From contig CM052817.1 of assembly GCA_028534125.1 (NCBI GenBank), positions 65,598,001 to 65,662,000 on the forward strand: DNA of 64,000 nt, in the 5' to 3' direction. Below the pieces are notes generated by a model. It did not search any database. It was not told where the DNA came from and was given only the letters and a program-made list of their open reading frames with translations. Source of the stretch: Lama glama (Eukaryota). Position 1 is the first letter of the stretch. Each line of letters opens with the position of its first letter. Below are positions 53,440-64,000 of the stretch, one piece after another. The translations under genes were made by a program, and so were the position numbers.

Positions 53440-54780
53440 TTTCCTGAGCTCTAAGAATTGTACAATATAATTGTATGTAGTTATACTATGTTCAGATACT
53501 GTATTCTAATTAAGAATGTGTTTTTATTCATCATTCTCGAGATGTTTTGTTTCTTGAATCTGTTGACTGGTGTTGACCATTACATCTGGAAATTTCAGCT
53601 ATTATTTTGTTAAATAATGTTTCTATCCCATTCTTTCTTACATCTCCCCCATGGGATGCCAATTCCAGGTATGTCAGGCTTTTCAACAATCTATGTCCTC
53701 CATTGTCTCTTTTTGTTTGTTTGTTTGTTTGGTTTTGGTCTTTTCCATCATTTTTGCCTCCCTTAACTGCATTCTAGATAATTTGTCTAAACTTACTTGC
53801 AATTCACTAATTCTTTCTTCCACTAAGTTTACTTAAATTTAATTACTGTGAAATTCATTTATTGAGTTTTTAATTTCAGGTATTATCTTTTTCAATTCTA
53901 CAAGTTTTAGTTTTGTTTTTTTTTCAAATTTGCTATGTCACCTCTCATATTTTGTGTACCTAGCAGACATTTTCAAACTATTTTATTAATTTTTTTAAAA
54001 AAGAAGCATAGTTGTTTTATATTCTATGTCAAAGAATTTTAATAGCTTAAGTGCTTGTGAGTTTATTTTTATTACCTGTTTTTTTCTGGTTCTCACTCAC
54101 AGTGGATGCCTTGTTTCCGCATGTGTTTTGTTATGCTTGACAGCAAATTATTTGTAAAATTATTTGGAGCAATAATTTAAGGCTGAGGATAATTTTATAT
54201 ATCCCTCTAGAAAGGATCTTCGTGGTTTTTACCAGGTCTTTCAGAGGGTACCAATTCAGGATCAACTTATGTCTAAATTTAATGTTTGCAGTCACCAAAT
54301 GGAACAAAGGCTCTTCGCTTCAGCTCCTCCCTTACTATGAGGGTATAGCCCTGTGGGGTCTCATCACAAAGTGATGTTTAGGGGGTAGTTTAAAATCCTT
54401 ACCTTAGTGAACTCTGGGCTTTTTTTGTCTTCCTTTCCTCTCCCCACCCCAGAACCCTACCAAGCTGCTAAAATTATGTTCAGTTTCACAGCTACTACTT
54501 CCAGTTGGATAAATGACCTTCAGGGCAAAAGAGATTGGAGTTCCAGGATTTCTTCTCCAGTTTCTTGCCCTCTCCTTGGTTTTGGTTGGCTTAATCTTCT
54601 CCTAGATTTTAGATGGCCAAATGTAACTATACTGTTAGATTTTGTTTATTTGTATTTAGGGATTTTGTTTGTTTGTTTTTGCTTTCATTTTAACATTTTT
54701 CTCTAGCTCTTTTAGTTGTCCTCAGCAGGAGGATTTGGTTCTAATTCTTCAGTACGTTGTTACCAAGATGAAATCTCTTT
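53440..54780 (-). mobile_element. Old L1 (L1M4/L1ME-type) ORF1/5' region
   Basis: Antisense ORF1-like text 'tctggaaatttcagctattattttgttaaataatgtttctatcccattc', 'attcactaattctttcttcc', 'attgagtttttaatttcagg'. Confidence 0.7.
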
Positions 54781-55999
54781 CACTCAGTAATTGACAAAGG
54801 TTTCACCTATATTTGAAGAAATTTAAGTAAGTACTGGTTCTATTCTGATTCAGCCCTTCTCTACAAAGTCCATTATTTATCCTTTTAGGACACAGTTTAG
54901 GAGATTATAAACAAAAGTATCCTTTTCTCTTTCCTTAAAAATGAAATCTGAAGGAGAGTGCTTTTTTACAGCCATTTTTATGGCTGAGAAACTCAATAAC
55001 GAGTTTCAGTACTTTTGAAAAATCATACTGAACTTCTCAATTATTTTTGTCTATGCGTTTTGCTATTTAATTGGTGTCTAAAAAAATCCACTGGTAGATA
55101 TTATTTGTCAATAAACTCTTCCTTGCTTTATTATTATCTAGGAGCAATGACTTTCTATTTCAATCTAGTCAAAATTTGTATGCATGACCTCAACTATAAA
55201 GAAAAAAAAAGTAAAGATTGCTAGAGAATGCATAAAAACTTACTGGTATTTATCACCTATCATTTGCAAAGTAGAATTCTCAGTGGTTTTATTATCTTTT
55301 TTTTTCTTTGCAGTTTTTTAATATCTTTCTAATTTTCCTAACAGTTTGTACTGCTTTTACAAGCAATTTTATATTAAATGTACAAGTATTGTGTACAACT
55401 ATATTACCATGATCACAATCATGTAAGCAGAAAATAAAAATCTGAGGAAAAAGCTCTACTACTATTTAACTCTGCCTGTAGGAATAGTAGTGTTTCACGT
55501 CTTCTGATTTTCTCTAAAAAGGATTTATTGCTATTTTAGTGGAAAAACTAATTAACAAAAATAGAGATTTTTGAGTACAATGAGTTATTCACAATCATGC
55601 TTTAGTTAGTTTTCTTTCTATTTAAAAGAGCACAGGAAGGAATTGTCTGAGAGAACCTTTTAAAGCTTTGATATTATTTCAGTTGAAAGGTATTGATTGC
55701 CAAAAGTACTGTATGGTTGTTGCATTTAAAAGTAAGTTCAGATACAAGAGCCATTGTAAAGATAGTTTAAGCAATACGTGACCAGTATTTAAGTAGGAAG
55801 AAGATTTAAGTAGGAAGAGGAATTTGAATTCTCATATAGTTTGAGGATAGGATGGCCATTCTATGGCATATGGAAGTTGAAGCAGATTGGGAAGGGTTGT
55901 GTCTGAACCACACTTTGAATACCTTGTATGATTGAAATTACTTATCATTTCTAGGTGTGATAAGTCTGTTCACCAGGACTCATTTTGCACACAGATGTT

Positions 56000-56386
56000 G
56001 AATTCATTTGGATGCCATAACAAAGTACTACACTCTGGGTGGTTTAAACAATAGAGGCTTATCTTCTCAGAGTTCCGGAGGCTACAAGCCCAAGATCAAG
56101 GTTTTGGTTTCTCCTGAGTACTGTCTCCTTGCCTTGTACGTGGCCAGCTTCTTGTTGCACTCACACACTCTGTCCTCTGTGCATATGCATTCCTGGCACC
56201 TTTTTATGTGTCCAAATTTTCTCTTCTTATTAGGACACCAGTCAGATTAAGACCCACCCTAATGGCCTCATCTTAATTTAGTCAGCTTTGTAAAAGCCCT
56301 ATCTCTAAATACAGTCACATTCTGAGGTGCTGAGGGTCAGGGCTGCAACATACAAATTTGGAAAAGACATAATTCAGCCCATAACA
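56000..56386 (-). mobile_element. MaLR LTR (MLT1A/B-like)
   Basis: 'gccataacaaagtactacactctgggtggtttaaacaa...cagtcacattctgaggtgctgagggtcaggg...aattcagcccataaca'. Confidence 0.9.
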
Positions 56387-56791
56387 AAAGTAAATTACAT
56401 TTATACAAAGAAGTTAAGAATAAACCATTATTTATTCTTATTCCCAGCAGTATTTCAGATGTATTTTAATAAGTTCAACATATTCAAAGAACAGGATGTA
56501 AGAGAAATTTTAAGACTAGCTCTCTGGAAAATTTCTTAGGACTTAAACCAAGTTGCGAGACCAACAGGAACAAGAAAATGAAAACTAAACTACAGTCTCA
56601 ATTTTCTTTAACATACATAGACACACACACTTATACATAAAATATAAGGCAAATACGAAAGTAACAGTGGCTACTTTGGTGAAATTTTGTGCATTTTCAT
56701 ATTCTCTGCACTGAGACACATGACTTATATAATGAGAAAAATATTTAATGAGAAAAACTGTTAATTATTAAAGGGAGAGACAAACTGATTT

Positions 56792-57210
56792 TTATCAGTA
56801 TTCGTCTTTGGTTGCAATCAGTAGAGAACAACTTTGTGTAATTTAGGCAAAAAGAGAATTTACAAGAATGTTATTCTGTTGCTTTGCAAATCAAAAGGGC
56901 TGCTGAAACACCAGATCTGGAGTTAGGGCACCTCTGGGGAATCTGGACAGCAGGAGTTTACTGGCAGTTTTATCAATGAGCCACAGCGGAGATGCCTGAT
57001 CTCTGACTGCATTTTCAATCCTGGCACATTCTATTCAAGAGAGTCTGACTGGGCTGGCTTGGGTCATATATCTACCTCTGGTGGTTGGGGTGAAACTTTG
57101 ATTGACAATCCCACTAACAGAACAGACCATTCAGGAGAAAGAATTCCTCAAAAGGAAATCAAGATGATGTTACCAAGGATGGGAGGCCTACAATAATAGA
57201 TCTCCACTGT
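56792..57210 (-). mobile_element. Old MaLR LTR (MLT1K-like)
   Basis: 'tctttggttgcaatcagtagagaacaact', 'agagagtctgactgggctggcttgggtcatatatctacc'. Confidence 0.6.
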
Positions 57211-59506
57211 AGACTTGAAGTAAGAAATCTGTCTTAAACCTGTATCACACAGTCATAATTAGATTCCTACTTTAATAGGCCACACAAGAACATTGTCTCT
57301 ATTATATACCACATTGATATTAAATTTCATTTAACTATCTGAGGGCCATCTGACATGAATTCTAGATGATCATTTATAGTTTTAATCATTAAAATGCCAT
57401 ACACAAATTCTCTGTATGATCTCTTTTGTGAATACACTATTATCTTAGAACTAGAAATTTTTAAGAAGTATATTTTGTTTCCTTGATATCTTTTTAAAAA
57501 ATATAATCTAAAATTTTTATGTTGTTTCCTATTTGATCAAAATCAGATTCCACTTGCTGTGAGTGGATCATAGTGTCAAGGAGGCACGTGTTTTGACAGC
57601 TCATTATTCACTTTTCCTTACAAGTTATTAACACTACCCTTAAGACAGGTCTCTCAATGAACTGAAACTATCTGGAACAAATACTGACTACTTTTTTTTT
57701 CAGGTTTACAAGTATTCTCTTACAACCACTATTAAAATCCATAGTAGTGATCTGTTTCTCACAATGTACTTGTCAAAATTATTTAATTCCCTAATGTGGT
57801 GCTTTAGAAAAATCCCTTGGAAGGTCTAAACATATTATATCTACCTGGTTTTCCTTTGTTTTCTTAAGAATATCCTCCTAAGTATCTGAAATATCAGATA
57901 TGATTCATATCTACAAAACTAGGAAAGCAATATTCTCCCCAATGCGTATAAAAACTTAATGTCACTTTCAGCTCTCTTCCTAAGTACTAAAGTTGTTTCA
58001 GTGATTTAAAATGCCCATAACATCACAGTTTTAACAGGCTGTAAACTGGAATTTAGGAGGAAAACTTAAATTTCTCAGGTCTGTTTATCCTGTGAAGTGA
58101 TTATGGATATTCACTGAAAGAGCAGGCACTTTTTACAAATGCACTGTCAAAAGGTCAAGTATGAAAGAAATGTCATAGATAACAAAGTCCAGATGTCCAA
58201 AGGCCAGCTAACACCAGCATGCAGGAGTCACACAGGTGTCAGCCAGGGACGGACAGTCAGTACAAAACACGAGCAAAACAGACGGGAACACTCGGTTTAA
58301 ACTGTGATTTTGAGAAACCAAATAGTAGAGATTTGATGCTTCCTTTATTTCATTTCTAAAGCCTGTGTTGCACTCAAGTTTTCTTCTCACTTCTTCCAAA
58401 CACCTTTATGTTTAAAATCCAAACAGACCTCAGGAGAAGTGAAAAACATCTCATTTCAGACATTAGGATAATCAGATGCGTGATTATATCCGAATGATGT
58501 GACTTCCTGAATGTGCTTCCAAACACATTGTTAAGAGAGTCCTCACGTGGGCAATAAGAAAACTTGACTGTTGAAAATCTACCTGAATCATGACAGATTC
58601 GTTTTGCACACAAAATGAATTAAAATCAACATTACTTTTCACATTAAAATGATTATTTCCTTATTTTCTATTGGATTCTTGATCTGTGCTACTTAAAAAT
58701 AGGCTTAGCATGCTGTATTGCATACTCCCTAAACCCAGAGTTGTAGCTTCTCCAGCATTTATCACAGGCAACATACTCATGAAATAGCTGGAAAAGAAGG
58801 TCGCTGTCCCACGCCAGTGTCTAAAGGTCAGCAATTTCTCATTTTAAATCAAAGCCTTTTTCATTGACACACGTGAAAGGCCTATAAATTCCCACGAAAA
58901 AGCTTTCCACAGGGATGATTTCTGTGACTGTTGAGGAGGAGTAAAGATGAAATGCTCTCCATGATCTCATGGGCTTCCACAGCTTCAATTATCACCTCTG
59001 TGAGGATAATTCCCAGATCTGTGTTTCCAAACCTGTGTCCCCAGCCTTTAAGCCCATAATTTCAGCTGCACACTGGACATCTCCACTTGGGTGTCCCGCT
59101 GAGCTGTCACGCTAAATGCATTCTCTACTAAATGCATTTTCTCATACGCACACGCTCGCTTATAATTTTCCCAGTCTCTCTTAATGACGTAATTATCTTC
59201 TCTGATACTGAGAACTGAGTACTCAAAGTTGATATTTAAAATTTACCCAAATTATGGTTCCCCCCCAATTAAAGTAGCTGCCACGTACGGCTGACACTTT
59301 CTTGAAAATTACTTTTACTTCCAATTTTTTTTTCCTTGCCATCATTTAAGTTTACTCTAAATCATTTTTGAATGATTGAATTCTAAATAAACCATAGAAA
59401 ATCTCCTTAATTTGGGGTTGAATTCTAAATAAGTAATGCATGCTTTTTCTAATTTAGGTACTATTTATTCCATTTATATAATCTAATCTTTATTTTCTAA
59501 ATTTTT

Positions 59507-60289
59507 TTAGCTAATTTTATTTTATTTTATTTTATTTTTTTACATTTTTATTGATTCATAATCATTTTACAGTGTTGTGTCAAATTCCAGTGTTCAGCCC
59601 AATTTTTCAGTCATACATGGACATATACACACTCATTGTCACATTTTTTTNNNNNNNNNNNNNNNNNNNNNNNNNNNNNNNNNNNNNNNNNNNNNNNNNN
59701 NNNNNNNNNNNNNNNNNNNNNNNNNNNNNNNNNNNNNNNNNNNNNNNNNNNNNNNNNNNNNNNNNNNNNNNNNNNNNNNNNNNNNNNNNNNNNNNNNNNN
59801 NNNNNNNNNNNNNNNNNNNNNNNNNNNNNNNNNNNNNNNNNNNNNNNNNNNNNNNNNNNNNNNNNNNNNNNNNNNNNNNNNNNNNNNNNNNNNNNNNNNN
59901 NNNNNNNNNNNNNNNNNNNNNNNNNNNNNNNNNNNNNNNNNNNNNNNNNNNNNNNNNNNNNNNNNNNNNNNNNNNNNNNNNNNNNNNNNNNNNNNNNNNN
60001 NNNNNNNNNNNNNNNNNNNNNNNNNNNNNNNNNNNNNNNNNNNNNNNNNNNNNNNNNNNNNNNNNNNNNNNNNNNNNNNNNNNNNNNNNNNNNNNNNNNN
60101 NNNNNNNNNNNNNNNNNNNNNNNNNNNNNNNNNNNNNNNNNNNNNNNNNNTGGACATTTAGGTTGTTTCCATGTTTTGGCTATTGTAAATAGTGCTGCTA
60201 TGAACATTGGGGTGCAGGTGTCATCCTGAAGTAGATTTCCTTCTGGGTACAAGCCCAGGAGTGGGATTCCTGGGTCATATGGTAAGTCT
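59507..60289 (-). mobile_element. Young 5'-truncated LINE-1 with 35-bp TSD (contains a gap)
   Basis: Reverse complement matches 3871-4520 (YPEGNLLQDDTCTPMFIAALFTIAKTWKQPKCP). Identical 35-mer atttatataatctaatctttattttctaaattttt at 59472-59506 and 60290-60324. Confidence 0.95.
59651..60150. other. Assembly gap (500 N)
   Basis: Run of exactly 500 N inside an L1. Confidence 1.
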
Positions 60290-60339
60290 ATTTATATAAT
60301 CTAATCTTTATTTTCTAAATTTTTATTTACTACCTTCCC

Positions 60340-60900
60340 AATCATTCATTCATTAGCTCATTTGTTCAAAATTATGTTCCAATGGGCTAGCCACTGAAGG
60401 TAGAGTATGTGATCCCTCTTTTCACAGAGCTAAAAATAAAGGAATAATTTTTTTAGATATTCTTAAGTACTATAAAGAATGTTATAATATAATTTGATAG
60501 GGAATGACAAAGCAGTGCTATATTAGATAGAATAATCAGGAAAAATCCTTCTGTATAATCAGAAGTAGCCAGTCATGTGACGGTCTGAGGGACAAGCACT
60601 TTCAGAACAAAGTAACACATCTGGATGAAAAAAGGCTGGTATGTGTAATAAACGGAAGGAAGACTAGTTGAGTAGAAATTTTCTAAGCCCAGAACATGTA
60701 GGTATGAAAAATATTTAGAAAGAAAGACAAGAGAACAACTATTGTAGGGTATTTAAATCATAGGTTAAAAGTAGGATATGAGTCAATAAAAAAATGTTAA
60801 AAAAAAGTAGGATATGAGGATTAAGTGGACAGTTTTTGACATGTACATGACATTATCTAAAAAGATGACACTAATTGCTGTGTGAAGAACAATTTCAAGG
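60340..60900 (-). mobile_element. L2 3' region
   Basis: Starts 'atcattcattcattagctcatttgttcaaaa', with internal 'gtagccagtcatgtgacggtctgagggacaagcactttcagaacaaag'. Confidence 0.7.
60783..60802 (+). mobile_element. 20-bp L1 tail-only insertion with 16-bp TSD
   Basis: Insert tcaataaaaaaatgttaaaa equals the last bases of the young L1. Perfect TSD aaaagtaggatatgag at 60767-60782 and 60803-60818, with a TT|AAAA nick site. Confidence 0.9.
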
Positions 60901-61150
60901 ACTTCTGAATCAAGATGGCAGATTGAGTTTACACTGAAACTCCCCTCTCTGCTCCCGTTGCATGAAATTGATCGAAACAAAGAAACATAATTCTTTCTGA
61001 ATTTTAGTTCTGAACCAGGAAGGAAATACTTAATAGTAATTGAAGTTTGTAGGCATGAGAAAGTGGAACCCGGTGAGAACTGTCACCAGGGTATCAACGC
61101 CTATGCTGGGACAGAATCCTCTACACAAAGCTGGGGACCAGGGGCCTATA
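60900..61150 (+). mobile_element. Probable 5' end of an old L1 (YY1-type motif)
   Basis: 'gacttctgaatcaagatggcagattgag' resembles the start of ancient L1 5'UTRs. Confidence 0.45.
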
Positions 61151-61473
61151 AAAATCATCATAATCCCTTGCCATGACAAATAAGAATCAAGGAAATATAT
61201 TTCCTCCATGTCTATCAGCCTTGTTTGCCACTGCTCCCTCTGAACATCACGTGTTACAGACAGATCAGAGTACTCAGGCTTCCAAACATATCCTGTTTTT
61301 TTACTGTTCATTTCTTAGTTACTGCCTATCTTTGGACCTACAATACTTATCACATCTCTTATCCCAACAACATAAATATATTTTCTCTTATTTATACATA
61401 GAATTTGTTATGACTACTACACTTATTGTTAAAGCGTTACTGAAGATGGCTTAATAATAATGAGAACAATATC

Positions 61474-61491
61474 ACTTCCTGCCTTATATGG
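61474..61491. promoter_or_regulatory. Composite ETS + CArG (SRE-like) motif
   Basis: acttcctg (CAGGAAGT on the minus strand) directly abutting a consensus CArG box, CCTTATATGG. Motif evidence only. Confidence 0.35.
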
Positions 61492-62238
61492 TGAATCCCC
61501 AGCCACTGTCATCCATGGTGATTGTGTGTCAACAGCATGATCCTTCCAATTATATTCTTCAAACAAGAAACCAGAACTCACTGGCAAGTACTTAGCAAGT
61601 AACAAAGGCAAAATTAATTCTGGGGGGTATTAATTATAAAGATGACAACATGGTTATCCTTAGCTCCAGTATATCAGGATTTAAGCTGAGCATACCACAT
61701 GGAGATATTAAAGAAACTCAAAGTGCTGAAGAAGTGCATGTGTAAGTGTTTTGTAATGGACTGTGATTATTTTATAAGATAAAGTGTGGATAGCACAGCG
61801 TCTAGAATTTTTTAGGCATGGGAACATTGATCATACCAGAAATCTGACATTTAAATGCCTGATTTGCTTTTATGTTTGTTATGGTTGTAATGGTGATGGT
61901 GGGCTGTAGGTGGTAGACAGTTATGTTTTTCAATTAGTTCTTCTTTATTTTCCATTTGTATTTAAGTCTTTTTAAAATCTCAGTCAGTGGAGCAGTACAG
62001 GCAGCATCTAGGTTAGGGAAGTCTCAAGAAAAAATAAAACACATTTTTTTCTTTAAAAAGATAGTATCTGTGGGCAGTGATCAGCTCTCACATCCTGGTT
62101 TTTCAAATGAAAAATATCCTTCCAGTTTTAATATCCAAGATTAGTACTTTGGAGAACACATTTCTATTAGTGGAAAAAATTGAGCAATCTTTGGTAATCC
62201 CAAAATTTGCTTTTTTATGTATGAATTATACATACATT

Positions 62239-62711
62239 TGTATTAAGTACGGGGTCTACAGAGAAATAGGACCAACAGAAGACAGAGAGTGAGAGAGGGA
62301 GACAGAAATTGAGAGGAGAGAGAGAGATTAAGTATAAGGAATTGATCCCATGTGGTTACAGAGGCTGAGAAGCCCCAAGATTTGCAGTTGGCAAGCTGGA
62401 GACCCATTAGAGCTGATGGTGGTGTAAATTTCAGTCTGAAAGCTGGAAACACCAATGTCCAGCTCCGGCAGTCAAACCTAGGGTGTTCTCTTTTACCCCC
62501 AGGAAGGTCAGCCTTTTTATTCTATTCAGGCCTTCAGCTGATTGGATGAGAGCAATCCACATTAGGGAGGGCAACCTGCTTTATTCAGTTTATTGATTAA
62601 AATATTAACCTCATTCAAAATCACCCTCAGAGACACACCCAGAAGAACATTTCACCAAATATCTGGACACCTGGGGGCCCAGGCAAGTTGACACATAAAT
62701 TAACCATCATA
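62239..62711 (-). mobile_element. ERV-L solo LTR (MLT2-type)
   Basis: 'aaggaattgatcccatgtggttacagaggctgagaagccccaagatttgcagttggcaagctggagaccca...caagttgacacataaattaaccatcata'. Confidence 0.9.
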
Positions 62712-64000
62712 CATTACTGACCAAAAATACTTGGGGCATTAGAAGAAATAAAAATTTCAAATAATTAATTTAAAAATATTAAAAGCTACTTTAATTTTTT
62801 CTTTCTAATTGATCACTTTTATTTAATTAAATTTTTGGGCATGTCTTCTCTTGGAGGTCACTGCCTAGAAGATCTTTGCTTTATGGTGGCTGAAATTGTA
62901 CATATTCTTCAAGTCAGCCTTTATATTTCTAATCAGATCTAACTTCTCACATTCTTTCCTTCTGTAAAATGTATGTGCCCCTCTTTTAGCAATCAACTCA
63001 GTATGTCCCTTGGTAGAGACAGAAAGATGTCTGTGTATTGCCTATTTCTCTGAGTGACTTCCTTGGCTATTAGTACCAGAGTCATTCATTTTAAATCCCT
63101 ATTGAACAAAGTGGGCTCTCTTGCTCCTGGTAAAATGCTCAAAAGTGTTTGTGGAGGTAAATGAAATTGCTTAAATAAAAAGACCAAATTTCATATTTAA
63201 AAAGTGAAGGGATTTACCAAAATGAGTAGAGGATTATATTTAAAACTCATCTAGTTAGAATTTTGGACACATATTTTTCACATTAAAGGCTCAAGCCCAA
63301 CCCCACACTTCAATTTCACACCACAGAGCAATTTCCTGATGAATATTCTCAATAGCAATTCTCTGAGAACTTGAGCAAAGACATCCCCTCTCCCCTCATA
63401 CAGTTTAACTTACACAAAAAGTCTCACATGTGAAACGTGAGTCCACCTGTGGGTAAAAAGAACCCTGTTGAATTGAGAAACTTCATTTCTGGTCCTAATC
63501 ATGTTCTTGGTTCAGGAGGAATAATGACTTCACTAAACCCCTCAGAATAAACCATTCATTCCTTCTTGCATGTTTTCTTATAGAAGAGAGTTGAATCTGT
63601 TAATCAAAGGGTTGGCCAATAGTGGCCTAAAAAATAGTACTAATAAATATTTAAATGATGTAAAAGTAAAGTCATTTAAAAATAGAAGTTGTTACCATAA
63701 ATACGTGATGATGGACACTGGAAAGTTGAAGGAATAAGAGGTGAGAGCAGGAATAAAGAATTTCAACTAGGTGAATGGGTACATTCTCATGCTACATAAT
63801 TTTTTGTCATTGGAAGCGTCTCCTCCTCCATTTCCCCAAAGCTATCACCAGCCTTCAAAATTTCTTGAGGAAAGATCCTAAAGTCACCCAAATTCAGATG
63901 GATGTATTTTTAGACTGCCAGTGGGCCGGATATGAAGTTGCACTTACCGACATGACCCTAGAGAGAATGGAATGTTCCCTGGGACTTCAAAGCAACCAGA

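Noticed and set aside
55788..55818. 17-bp tandem duplication (atttaagtaggaagaag)
   Set aside because: Ordinary slippage duplication with only two units, no array structure.
59551..60252. ORFs of 172-213 aa
   Set aside because: N-gap artefacts within an L1.
1..64000. CRISPR array, operon or prokaryotic defence system
   Set aside because: The sequence is mammalian repeat-rich DNA with no regularly spaced repeat-spacer array and no gene-dense region.

Overview
This is AT-rich, CpG-poor mammalian genomic DNA, either intergenic or deep-intronic. No protein-coding gene, RNA gene, CpG island or CRISPR array can be supported. The provided ORFs are decayed transposon frames, N-gap artefacts or chance ORFs. 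The window is dominated by transposon fossils: LINE-1 of several ages (including a 4.8 kb copy, a 5'-inverted copy, a copy with a 35-bp target-site duplication (TSD), and three 20-65 bp tail-only insertions with TSDs), L2, MIR, CR1/L3, ERVL and MaLR elements, and hAT MITEs. The youngest L1 3' end and the absence of any recognisable young SINE suggest a camelid, which is an inference from memory. There are two 500-N assembly gaps, both inside young L1s. The most interesting non-routine signals are the ultra-short L1 insertions, a 183-bp non-tandem local duplication, candidate minus-strand exons and several enhancer-like motif clusters. I found no evidence of a new multi-gene system. Repeat subfamily names are recalled, not from a database search, and boundaries of old repeats are approximate.
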